NCBI GenBank assembly: GCA_963924565.1
Contig: OZ004613.1
Coordinates: forward strand, 9,982,001-10,046,000
Length of the DNA stretch: 64,000 nt
Direction of reading: 5' to 3'
DNA from: Ascidiella aspersa
Taxonomy: Eukaryota
A program made the translations under genes and the position numbers. The notes under the pieces are model-generated. The model was not told the DNA's origin and searched no databases. It saw only the letters and a program-made list of their open reading frames with translations. This document shows, piece after piece, positions 1 to 12,500 of the stretch. Position 1 is the first letter of the stretch; each line of letters begins with the position of its first letter.

Positions 1-126
1 CGTTCAGGGTTTCATCCGGTCTTGATCCGGCCTTTTTTTAAAGTTTCGCGATCCCTCTGTTCTGGACGTCACGAAAATAATAAATTCATATCATATGACG
101 TCAAATTTCTATTTCTTGGTGATTGG

Positions 127-1805
127 AAAACATTGAGCCTTTATTATAAAACAGCAAAGGCGTTCGTCTCAGTTCACTGCTATATGTTTCTGGAAGTGGA
201 ATGGGTGGACCCATACTTCCACATAATAACAATGCTTACCCACTTTCGTACCTTGATACCACCCTTGTGAAACTTAATTCGACTGGCACGATGCTCGAAT
301 CAAGTTTGCAGATCTTTTTAGGGGGATTTGGTGATGGACGTAGGGGTGGGGTTTGGGCTTAGGTAAAATGTTGTATAGGCCTGATTCAGCTCATTTAGGT
401 CTTATTCAGACGGGTATAACGACCATAAGGTATAATTCTGAGTCTTATTCCAAATTGTGTTTTATTCCGACGTTGATGTTCTTCTTATTTCAATCTTATG
501 ACTGGAGTCCAGGGGAAGGCCCAATGATAAGCTTCGTCAAAGCGTCGGTCCTGAAAAGTTGTTTGCTACACGGAGGGAGTTAAACAAAATAATCGTACAA
601 TATTATTTGTCAAAAGTAAATGTCCTGAAATTGTGCCGTTGTTTTGTCAAAAAAAAATGTTATTACATTGTGAGATACATTGCCTAAACGTACATTGCAC
701 TTTCCTGTTTCGTTCATACGATACAAAGAGGCACTAGCGATAAAGGAAATAATAATTATCCGGTTGATTAGAAATACAATAATTTGGTTTTAAGAAAATT
801 AGTATTATTTTGTTTTTCTATTTGATCCAAGGCTGTGGCAGATAAACTATGCAAGACAAAGCTGAAAGGAAACAGAGGTGGAGTTGAAAAGTATTAGCTG
901 TTGTTTGTTTAACAATCAATGCGTTTAGAGATAATTAACGTTCAATTTTTAAAAACAAAAACTCAAAGTCTTTCTAAATTCAATTTGCCCTTGTTTGATT
1001 GAAATTGCCAACTGAAAGCTAGAGAGACACGATTTATACGAAACTGTGACTGTTACACGCCATAAAGCGTCTGTCTGACATCTTATTTGTGTATGGCGGT
1101 CATCATACCGGTATATTGTTACTTTCGCATTGGGTGTTAGAGTTGTTTACGGTACTACTTAAGTCAACATTGCCATACAAAGGATGTTCACATTCGAATG
1201 TCAAAAAACGATAAACACGTTAAAATGCTCTAAGTAAAATATTCATTTGGGTAAGATAAGCTGTACGTCTAGTTTTGCACCTTTGTTGAATAACAACTGA
1301 TCAAAAATAGGCTAGATTGGTGTAAAAAAGATTTAAAAAAATGTACATGGCTTGTATTACTACAAAGTGGCGCTAAGCGTATAGAATTTCAACGTTTTAT
1401 TTATAGTAGTCCGTTGAGATGGTACTCACGGAGGACTCTGGTATCTCGGTCGCAGTCAGTTGATTGGATTCCCTACTGCAATGCTGGATATGGGCCTCCG
1501 AACCAGCCACTTAAATACTACGTAGCAAGGTAGGCCGATTTTAACTTGCGACAGGTATAGCAACGGGCTAATTTATGGTCAGAAATTTTAAGATCTATAT
1601 TACCGGGAAACGGCTGTCACTGTCTGCGGCGTGCAATGGGATTATTTCGAAAAGTATCAGCTGTGTACATACAGTATAAGGTTATTTTGATACTCTAAAA
1701 TCACTAAAAACGTACAAAATGAAACCGGTTCCAAAAGTGCTAGGGGAGAATACAGAGTGGTCACGAGGTCGGACCCCCAACTATATATTTTTTTATTTAG
1801 CTATT
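127..1805 (+). repeat. Segmental duplicate (copy A) of 8631-10977, the 5' end of the PAQR9-like gene
   Basis: Colinear near-identity by eye from 'aaaacatt(g/t)agcctttattataaaacagcaaaggcg' to 'ttttatttagctatt'. Copy A lacks ~205 bp (8824-9028) and the MITE at 9947-10393. Confidence 0.95.
849..1529 (+). pseudogene. Duplicated coding exons 1-2 of the PAQR9-like gene (849-877 and 1407-1529); truncated paralog or alternative first exons
   Basis: Encodes MQDKAERKQS-SPLRWYSRRTLVSRSQSVDWIPYCNAGYGPPNQPLKYYVAS. Splice sites and frame are intact but conserved GYR is changed to GYG. No NETLNFWTH exon was found between 1530 and 8600. Confidence 0.7.
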
Positions 1806-1819
1806 TGGGTTAAACTAAA

Positions 1820-2100
1820 GGGTTGTCATTAAGCAATTTTATTATAAAATTGGGTTATTTATCTTAATTTGTGCACTTAAAACTATTAGATTGAAATATT
1901 TCGCGGTTTTGTTATTTTTTGGTTGAGTTATTGTTCATAATTGGACGAGTTTACCAATTGTAATACTTCAATATTCATCTTTATGTCAAGAATTGACTTG
2001 CTCTAATTATGACTTTACTGGGACTTGGCTTGCTGTTAATTCAAAAAGACTTGGACTGAAGTATCACTTGGACTTAACTTGTTTAACATAAACTTGACCG
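1820..2100. mobile_element. Fragment of GACTT/AAGTC-repeat non-autonomous element family
   Basis: Clustered gacttg/gactt pentamers and internal motif ggacgagtttaccaatt shared with the 26302-26760 copy; boundaries approximate. Confidence 0.65.
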
Positions 2101-5100
2101 TATTTTTTGCTATATTGCACTGTTCCTTATTATACTAGATGCGTCTGTCTGTTACGAAATTCGAAGTCTGTAAAATGTGATGCATAGTTAATAATTGAAT
2201 TTCAGAAACCTAACAAAAAGCTAACAAATCAATGGTTTCTATGGGGAAGTGAATTTAGTTCCTCTTTTTAGTTTTCACGTTTCCTTATGATCTCAGATAC
2301 AGAGAGAAATATGTTAGAATTGTGAAGCAGGATATAAATATTAGAAACGATTTCACAAATTTAGAAACAATTTTGTAAAAATAAAGCTGTATGGGAACAC
2401 ACCTGTTTACTTGACAAAACCCTGAAAGTGATTCTTTTATGTAAACTCAATAAAACAGTTGCTATTAGGGGAATTGCCCACTCTTCAAATAACTTTCTCC
2501 TAACGTTTAATTGCTATAGAAATTATAGGGATAGGCATTCCCGTTTACCTGAAGTGAATATAGCAACCATACAAACGATTATAGTGTTGCAATAGTTAGA
2601 CTCCATTGTCACTCCGACGTCATAATAGCAGGAGCTTAAACCCTCTCACGAAATTTTAATAAGATGTGAGATTTCTTTGTATATAAATGAAGCAAGCATT
2701 CCAGATATCCAGTGTCTTTCAAATCCGCCGAACTTAGAACACTATAGTAAAATTAATTCTACCATATTGTTTATTTTTCACAATATAACTTAAGTTTAAA
2801 AACGGATTTCAAAACTTAAAAACGTATTTTTTTGTATACGCTTACGGGGTGCGCATGTTTTTACAATAATGATTGTACCGTATCTACAAAATTCCTATAT
2901 TATCGGATCAGAGCCATCCCCGATGCCATGTGGTAATACCGGTATTCGTCCCACAAAATGGGTTGATATCAGTGGCCATCATGCGATTCCAAACTAAAGT
3001 ATAAGCATTTTAGCCAATATTTGTGCCCAAGTACAGGATGTGTTACCTCAAAAGTCCTTATATATTTCTCAGTTGATATTAAATTAACAGTTGAAGGTAA
3101 GTATGTTTCTAACGCGTAGGATATATTCTTACTATAATCATTACTTTCGTTGCTGAGCAGTGCTAAAAGTTCAAGTTCTTTTGCCAAAAAGCCCTAGTCT
3201 GACTTTACAAACGGAACAAGGGGAAAAGATATTCTGCTCAAAAACATGTGTTCGGAAAACTAGTTCAAAGCACATCGTTACGAATTACGCATAAGTCACA
3301 AAACAAGGGTTCTTTTTTCACAACGTAATCTTGATGCAAAGCCAACAAGTTAACGACAAATATACACATTTTGTTCATGTTTAAAAGTATTTTGTCCGCC
3401 AAATGTGCGATTACAGCTAGACGGAATTCGCTTGGTCGGTGTTCACATCCTTCTCTTCTCCGAAGAAAGCCTGGTCGCCATCATCTGAATCTCCCGACAG
3501 ATACCTCACTGTCAAACGTGTATACTGACAGCGACGACAGACACCTGATGTTCAGAGAAACATATTTAGATTGGTAACCTATACTAAGGCTAAGCTAAGG
3601 TCAAAAAAATTATTGTGTCCGGTCACAAGAAATTTAACAGGCAAAAAAACAGCAAACGCATTATCACTTGTATTAAATACATTCTTTGAGCAGTTTTTAT
3701 TTACAGCAATTTTATTTGTTGCCTTTGAAGAAATGAGTAAGGTTTATAACCTTAATAATTAAATGTCCGATTTGTTGAATAACAAATATCTTCAAGAAAC
3801 TATCGTTTGATTGCGAATTACGATGCTGAATATTTATTATGAGCATATAGTGCGTTAATATAAATTAAATTCTCTTACGCTATTTGGACAAACAAAAAGG
3901 TGAATCCCCCAATCGGACTGCGCATCGGACAATTAACTGATATCAGGCTTTTTAAAATAAAAACCAAACAAGGATTTCTCTCATGAAAGCGGTATTGTGT
4001 GGTTCTAAGGTTTTGTGACCCTTTCTACGACTTACGGTAGAATTGGCGCCGGTATACAGAGCATATTTCTCCATTCATCGACTTGCAATTATGCACAAGC
4101 TAGAAAATTAAATAACGGTTAAAAAAACACTGTAGGAAAATAAAAACAAGTGTTTCATGGTCCCCTCTCTCTCCATCCCTCCCTTAATTAAGCGGGCCAG
4201 CACCTTTTATTGCCAAACATACGATCCCTAAACTACATTACAATAAACTGAAAATATAATATTCTTTACAACTGGAGTGCAGCTAATGAAAGGTCTATAA
4301 TGTTTGAAGAATACTTTAGAAAACTTTTTACGTTTGTTTTGTTTTAAAGGGCGTTCCGTGATGCACAAACAGCCGACAGCTAACATCGAGCAAATGGTAC
4401 ATTTTCGATCGACAAACGTTTAATGTAATCGGTTTGGGACTATTAGTGATGTGGCCTACGTGGTAAAAAACAACCAATGAATAAAGCTTCCAGCGCTTTA
4501 CCTTCACCAAACACTAAGCAGTGGTGTTTCGCTGAGGGCTGAGATTTTAACCTGTTGTCCAAAAGACCCAAGTGACTGAGTGCGCTTGGAAAGTAAGCCA
4601 CTCGATATTTAAAATTTAAAGCTTTAATGGATTGAATTGCGCCGTTTGGTAACAATTTGAAAATGTAGAACTCGAATTGTTTTAACTCATCCGGATTTTA
4701 TTAAAACAACAGAAATTGCAGTGTTGACATTTTCCCTGGCAAGCTAATGAGCTTAACCGTTAAAGTATATTGTCCTAATTTGGCTTTCGCTATTAGTTTT
4801 TTAAACAGGACAAAATGGACTGTCATTAAATGTGCTTAGGTAAAACCTATATGAGATTTCATTGCCATTTATCGGAACGTGTAGCAGTACGGTACACTAT
4901 AAGTCCCAAACAAGTGTAAAAGTTACCAAAAACATATTTTGAGAATTTCACCCCTTTTTTCACGGTAGAATACGTATATGTTTTGTCCTTATCACACCAA
5001 GTATTTTATATATAGTTCTGTCATACTTGATTAAAGAGGCTCTGGCAAAAATATCGGTGACATTGTACGGTGTAACGCCTTCTTCTTCTTCGTGAACCAA

Positions 5101-5556
5101 CAGCGCTTGTTCCTATTAACAAAAAGGTAAACTTTAATTCAACCAATTCAAATGAGACATGATTTTTTATGGTGATAGAGGACAACGTGTTATTTTATGT
5201 TTGCAAAAAAGTATGCGTCTTTATGTTTTACATAAAAAGTATAGCATTTCCAACACGATAAAATTGTACTAGTTTTAACTTGTCTCTGCAAAATGTTGGT
5301 TACCCGACAGGAATTTTTGAGACTTACCAAGCACAATAACAACTATCATCATTAACAGGATCAATGCCCTTGCAGCCATTTTAGTTGTTTCCTTTTTAAA
5401 CACAAAACTATACAGGATACTTGACACTTCAAACAAAAATGTTTGTTCAAAGTTAGTCTACAACAGAAGACCTAGTTTATTATCAGTGACACCATTGATA
5501 TTTCGGCTCGCAAGAGTGTGACCTGTTGCCTTTTTGTCGGTCCCGATTGTTTATAA

Positions 5557-5916
5557 CAGGGGTCGGCAACCTTTTTCAAGTCGCGGGCCACAACCAAACT
5601 CAGAAAGATCTCTGCGGGCCGCACAAAATGTTAACTAAGAATTGTGAATACGTTTTCCGTGAAGGACTTGCCATTCGACCGCTTTTCCACGGCGTAAAGA
5701 AGCAGCTTTCCACGGCGCAACCTAAAGAAGCGCTAATCTAGGTGAAAAAACACCATCAAAACGTAAACAAACCGGACGCAGAACGATGATTCGCGCAAAA
5801 TTTTCGCACTTACATGGTTAAAATAGTCAAAAAGTATGTAAAATAGCCTCGTGTCTAATTTGTCAAAGAGGCGGGCCGTATGAATTACATCGGCGGGTAT
5901 AGGTTGCCGACCCTTG
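5557..5916. mobile_element. hAT (Buster/Charlie-like) MITE
   Basis: TIRs caggggtcggcaacc / ggttgccgacccttg; 8-bp TSD gtttataa / gattataa (7/8); subterminal gcgggcc repeats. Confidence 0.85.
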
Positions 5917-6504
5917 GATTATAATATAGAAGCTAGAATGCCAAACGATTTTCTGTACTGCATTACTTAGAAATATAAAACTATTCTACAAAGCTGCCCG
6001 AGAACATTTTGAAACGACGCCTATTTATAGCAACACAAAAAAGTAATCTTATGTTTTCCAACGTTGATAACCAATCCTCCAGTTGGTGAGCGTGCGTATT
6101 TATAATGGAAACTGATAAAGATAGTTTATTATGCTGAACTAGTAATCATAAACTTGGTTAGCTTTTCAAGTAAACCGCTTTTAAAATCCAGTTCACCAAA
6201 CGACAATAACAAGTTTCCAAACGTTTCGCGAGGTTTTTTTCGAACTAACTCACGTCAGAGTTTCTTTAAAATAACTGGTTTAAATTCGACGCAGGCCCAT
6301 TTATAGCGAATAACATCCTCTGGGGCGTCATTAGGTTTCAAAGAAGTGTGGGGAACAATCGAACGTTAGGTTGTTTAACACAGTGGTCCCTAACTTTTAT
6401 AGAATTGTGCGTGACCTGATTATAAGCTGGGTAGTACTGTTTCTATAGCGGTCAAGGCAAGCATCTCATATTGTCATAGTTTTAAAATCACCTCTAAAAC
6501 TGTT

Positions 6505-7032
6505 AAATTAAAAGTCCCAGTCAAGTCATTTGTGAATTAACTTAAATTCGTCAAGCAAAAAAATAACATGTTAAGTCCTAATCCAAGTCCTTAGTTGCCC
6601 AAGTCAAGTGCCAGTCAAGTCATTATTATAGAGCAATCATCTCCAAGTCATCAGTTACCCAAGTCAAGGGCCAGTCAAGTCATTGTTAGAGCAATCATCT
6701 CCAAGTCAAATCACCGATACGATATTAAACTTTTAAACTATTAAAATTGTCAAATTCGTCCGGTTATAAGCAATTATTTAACCAATTAACAAAACAAAAA
6801 CATGGTGCAAGCAAATTGTTTCCGGTACCAAACTTAGATAAATAGGTTAATTTTACCATTAAAACATTTTTTTAAATTTTAACACCAATCATTTGACTCT
6901 ATGACTTATGTCGAAGTAAGTAAAGCAAATTTTTCATTTTAACAATATGACTTAAGTCCAAGTCAAGTATTGGTAAAACAATGATTTAAGTACACTAAGG
7001 TCAGGTCATTGACTTAAGTCATTACAACACTG
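6505..7032. mobile_element. GACTT/AAGTC-repeat element ending in ...ttaagtcattacaacactg
   Basis: Terminus is the reverse complement of cagtgttgtaatgacttaa at 50240; many aagtc pentamers; internal ~60-bp tandem duplication at about 6590-6710. Confidence 0.75.
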
Positions 7033-7381
7033 CTAATTTCCCATGTGCTTATACTGTTGTAGATATGTTTGCCCGCAGGATAAGAATCACTGTTTTTTTG
7101 TGTATATTTGGTGTAAACAACACCAAAAAAGGACATGTTATCCTGGGTGAGTTTACTTACAACCAAACGGTACTTTTCTAACTGGCAGACCGCAACGGTG
7201 ATATTATAACATGGAGAAGGGCCATTTAAAATGCCCAAAAATTGTTGCGCCAATATCGCTCCAGATCTCCTAAACGCTAGCGAAATTGGCGCTTTACGGT
7301 GAAATTTGCTGGAGAAATATGTTAGAGTTTGAATTTATAAAGTTTTTTTTTTGACTTGACAGCATTACCCTTCCTCTAGAG

Positions 7382-7703
7382 CAGTGTGGTTCTTATTCAT
7401 TGGTAACCCGTCGAACCCTTATGTTATTCTGCAAGCGTTCGTCGACCCCAAATTTTCTCTCGGTATTCGTTTCTTCCTCCTAGAAGCTGAAACTGGGTAT
7501 ATTTACATTATAAACTTGCATTTGTATAGGTTAAATTGGCCAAACTTTTAATTTATAACGTTACTTCACACCTTGGCACATAAAAGAGATTCGAATTTAG
7601 CTTGAAATAACAGCATTTATGTCTCAGTGGACGTTCTCGCCGAATCCTTAAAAGAGCTGCGTCGAACCCCAAGGGTACGATCGAACCCTGGTTTAGAACC
7701 TAG
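7382..7703. mobile_element. Degenerate hAT-like MITE
   Basis: Decayed TIRs cagtgtggttctta / tttagaacctag, subterminal gtcgaaccc repeats, flanks ctctagag / ttctagaa. Confidence 0.5.
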
Positions 7704-8833
7704 ATTCTAGAAATATAGCCACATGTCCGAACTAATAAATCATGGTTTCAGTGTAGGCTAAGGGTTTAACAATTGGCCCGTTTTGCAAGAGAATACAATG
7801 GGCTTAAACTATGAGCGACGTCGAAATTCGCGTTCAACAATCGAATCATCTTCCAATCCATAGAAAACGGCGCTTTGTATAGTCACTATACTGCCTCGTG
7901 CGGTAATTACGACGCAAACGACAAACCCGTACAATCAGAGGAATTTCCACAGTTCATTTCCTCATGGTCCGAAACAATTTACCCGAAATTCTTTGTGGAA
8001 ATTCCATCCTCGTAACACAATCATGTGCTACAAACCTCTTTACTTCCCAACAGAGTTGGTTGCAGTACAGGATTTCCTGTCTTAAATTGTGTATTCACAC
8101 TGCTTGCCGCTATAGTTTGTATGTATTAGAAATCCCCACGGGGCTCGTATAGAATTTTCCAAGCGTCAATTAATCGTCGAATTCAAGTGATCTCAAATTA
8201 CGCGATTAAATAAAACTTCAAACTATATCAAAATTTACCATCTTATATAGAATAAGGTTGGTGTAGTGGGAGTTAGGAATATGCTATAAGGTATTTTTTT
8301 CCGAATGCGACAACCGATATTTTGGGCAAAAAGTATTCAATCCGATATCAAATGACGTCATTAATATTCTCAAACACGCGAAATGAATACATTTAAAAGA
8401 CCAAATTTACTTCAGCCTTAATATGTTTAGTTGCTTATGGTAATTGTTAACCTGCAATATTGGACAAATTAAAGACACTGCGTTGGAAGGAAAATCATGG
8501 CTAAAAATTCCGCATTATGACACTTAAGATGATATCATGGACCAAGATAGTGCGAGATGGTTTTATTGTCTGAAAAGTTCATCGTGTTTATTTCCAGACC
8601 AAAAGATTAAACTATTTTTCCGTCCGTGCTAAAACATTTAGCCTTTATTATAAAACAGCAAAGGCGTTCGTCTCAGTTCACTGCTATATGTTTCTGGAAG
8701 TGGAATGGGTCGACCCATACTTCCACATAATAACAATGCTTACCCACTTTCGTACCTTGATACCACCCTTGTGAAACTTAATTTGACTGGCACGATGCTC
8801 GAATCAAGTTTGCAGATCTTTTTCAAGGGGTTT

Positions 8834-8972
8834 ACGCTAAAAGCCTTTTAGACTACATCTAGTTTGATTGCTGTACGTGTCTGCATAAAAGTGAATTTGG
8901 AAAATAAGTTGTGTACAATGTGTTTAATATACAGGTAATCAAACCAGCGGCAAACTTTTAAGGCTGAACTAA
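8834..8972 (+). repeat. Dispersed ~140-bp repeat, second copy at 28097-28234
   Basis: acgctaaaagc..tagactacat..aaagtgaatttggaaaa..tgtgtacaat..ggtaatcaaaccagcggca..gctgaact is present at both sites. Confidence 0.8.
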
Positions 8973-9556
8973 ATCTGATGTTAATGCTGTGGGTGGGGCT
9001 AGAAAATGGGTTATAGGGTTGAAATTATTAGGGGATTTGGTGATGGACGTAGGGGTGGGGTTTGGGGTTAGGTAAAATGTTGTATAGGCCTAATTCAGCT
9101 CATTTAGGTCTTATTCAGACGGGTATAACGACCATAAGGTATAAGTATGAGTCTTATTCCAAATTGTGTTTTATTCCGACGTTGATGTTGTTCTTATTTC
9201 AATCTTATGACTGGAGTCCAGGGAAAGGTCCAATGATAAACTTCGTCAAGGCGTCGGTCCTGCAAAGTTGTTTGCTCACACGGAGGGAGTTAAAGAAAAT
9301 AATCATACAATATTATTTGTCAGAAGTAAATGTCCTGAAATTGTGTCGCTGTGCTTTAAAAAAATTGTTATTACATTGTGAGACACATTGCCTAAACGTA
9401 CATTGCACTTTCCTGTTTTGTTCATATGATACACAGAGGCACTAGAGATAAAGGAAATAATAATTATCCGGTTGATTAGAAATACACTAATTTCGCCTTA
9501 AGAAAATTAGAATTATTTTGTTTTGCTATTTGATCAAAGGCTGTGGCAGATCAACT

Positions 9557-12500
9557 ATGCCAGACAAAGCTGAAACGAAACAGAGGTGGAGTTGAAAAGT
9601 ATTAGTTGTTGTTTGTTTAACAATCAAAGCGTTTAGAGATAATTAACGTTCAATTTTTAAAAACAAAAATTTCAAAGTCTTTCTAAATTCAATCTGCCCT
9701 TGTTCGATTGAAATTGCCAACTGAAAGCTTGAGAGAGACACGATTTATACGAAACTGTGACTGTTGTACGCCATAAAGCGACTGTCTGCCATCTTATTTG
9801 CGTATGGCGTTCATTATACCGGTATATTATTACTTTCGCATTGGGTGTTAGAGTTGTTTACGGTAATACTTAAGTCAACATTGCCATACAAAGGATGTTC
9901 ACATTCGAATGTTAAAAAACGATAAACACGTTAAAATGCTCTAAGTCAAGGGTGTCCAACAAGCGGCACGCGTGCCAAATGTGGCACGCGACCAAATAAA
10001 AAATGGCACGCAAACCCCAATACTTAATTTGTTATTCAGCCAATTGTCTAAAGTAGTTATTTTTTATTCAGTAAATTGCCATTGTTTATTCACAATATAA
10101 AACAATCGCGGCAATCACGACCACTAACAATTACTTCTAATACTATAACATTATATTGTAGTGTAGGCGAGTATGCACATAACTATAAAGTTTGATATGA
10201 AGAAAGAAAAAGCAAAAGTCAGCTCAACGACGGACATTTAGATGCAGTAGTGCGAACTGCTAACTACACGTTTTTATTATTTGTAAAAAAAAACGCTTTT
10301 TTTATTAGAAAGAATTAATTACTAAACTTTGGCATGGGAAGAAGTTATAAGATAAAAATTGGCTCGCCGGCATGTTTGAGTTGGACACCCCTGCTCTTAG
10401 TAAAATATTAATTTGGGTAAGATAAGCCACACGTCTAGTTTTGTACCTTGTGGTAAATTGAATTACAACTGATCAAAATTAGGCTAGATTGATGTAAAAT
10501 TAAACATTAAAAAAATGTACATGGCTTGTATTATTACAAAGTGGCGCTAAGCGTAGAATTTCAACGTTTTATTTATAGTAGTCCGTTGAGATGGTACTCA
10601 CGGAGGACTTTGGTAACTCGGTCACAGTCAGTTGATTGGATTCCCTACTGCAATGTTGGATATAGACCTCCGAACCAGCCACTTAAATACTACTTAGCAA
10701 GGTAGGCCGATTTTAACTTGTGACAGGTATAGCAAGGGGCTAATTTATGGTCAGAAATTATAAGATCTATATTGCCGGGAAACGGCTGTCACTGTCTGCG
10801 GCGTGCATTGGGATTATTTCGATAAGTATCAGCTGTGCACATACAGTAAAAGGTTATTTTGATACTCTAAAATCACTAAAAACGTACAAAATGAAACCGG
10901 TTCCAAAAGTGCTAGGGGAGAATACAGAGTGGTCACGAGGTCGGACCCCTAACTATATATTTTTTTATTTAGCTATTAAATTCAACAAGATTTTCTTTTA
11001 AAAAAATATTTTTTGAAAAACTACTTTTGTAAAATGTTTCCTAAAACCGGTAGGTTTGCCAATAACGGCAGGATATTTACGGACACGTCCGTAATCTCCG
11101 CTTTGAACTTTGCTTTTGCAAGGAATTTTAACGTTAACCAATCAAGTTTAGCGTGAAAAAATTTGAAAGGATCAACAGCAAACCCTAATTTAAACTCTGT
11201 TTATTTGCACATTGGCGTACAAGTTCGACCTATACCAGAAAATTTCATTACGGTTACTGTTCCATGAAGTCACGATTTGACAAAACCATTGTGACGCCAA
11301 CTCTTTGTTTTTTATCCCCACCCCATAAAAAGATATCCTAGATCCACATAAAAAGGTGTACATATGATTTATTTTAGGTTTTAAATATTTCGATTTCTAA
11401 AGGTGGGAAATGTAATAAAAACAACCCCCTGCCAGCAACACATACACGCTGTTTGCAACCCTATATAACTTTCATTGGTGTACAATTATTAGCGCTTTTC
11501 ACCCGACCAACGAGACGCTGAACTTCTGGACCCACTTCCTTCCCTGCCTCTTTTTCATCCACAAATACGTGACGCGCTTTATCGCCCACGGATGCCAAGT
11601 CGAATCGTACGCCATTCCCCTGTACGCTCATGGCCTAGGTAAAAATACTAAAGCTTATAATTTTGAAACTAAAACAACATCTCCTGATAGGCATTATCTG
11701 CACTTGGACAGTTTTTCTTACCTTTATTTAATAAATTGCCAGTGCTGTAAACAAGTCAGTTTTAATTAACTTAAATCATTTGGAAAATAACTTATATCCA
11801 ACTCTAGTCGGTTGCGAAAAGCAGCAAGGCAAGTCCCAGACCAAGTCATTGTGATATCAAGTCAAGTCATTTTCACCCATATAAAATGTTGGGTTATTAA
11901 AATTGGTAAACTTATCCAGTCCTGAGCGATATTTTAAATCTAAAACGACAAAAATTTAAGTGCAATCAAGTCATTTGGAAACAGTGACTTAAGTGCACTT
12001 ACGTCAGATCAATATTTTACTTCATTGCAGCACTATAAAGTAGTCAAATTATTGTCACTATTTGGCAATTTGTTGTTTATCAGTGTAACCTAATTTATAA
12101 CTTTTGTTTAAGAAAAACGTTTGGCTTTGACAAAAAAGGAACAGAAGAAACAATTGACAAAATAAGCTATAGGCCTACATAACTTTGGGGTTTAGCAAAT
12201 ACAGCTATATGATTGTGGGTCCAGCTTAAGACAGCTTCGTTTTACCTTATATGTATAGAAGATGTTAGCCACTTTATATTCTAATTCCAATGCGGTTTTA
12301 ATAGTTTTACCTACGTTTCAGCCATTTGTCTTGTTCTACTGGGAAGTTCGGTTGCTCATTTGTTCAACGCAGCCTCTCCAAAGGTCCACCGCTGCTGCTT
12401 TGCTGTGGATAACTCGTGTATCTTTCTGCTTGCTTTTGCAACCAAAGTCGCCCTGGAGCATTACGTTTGCGAAGCGGATCATTACTGTTCAACAAGTGAG

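Larger units (their letters stand above)
8631..10977 (+). repeat. Segmental duplicate (copy B, within the intact PAQR9-like locus) of 127-1805
   Basis: Direct alignment by eye with copy A. Confidence 0.95.

Noticed and set aside
9062-9445. 127-aa ORF and its 76-aa twin at 353-583
   Set aside because: TTG starts, frameshifted between the copies, no protein motif; the similarity is explained by the DNA duplication.
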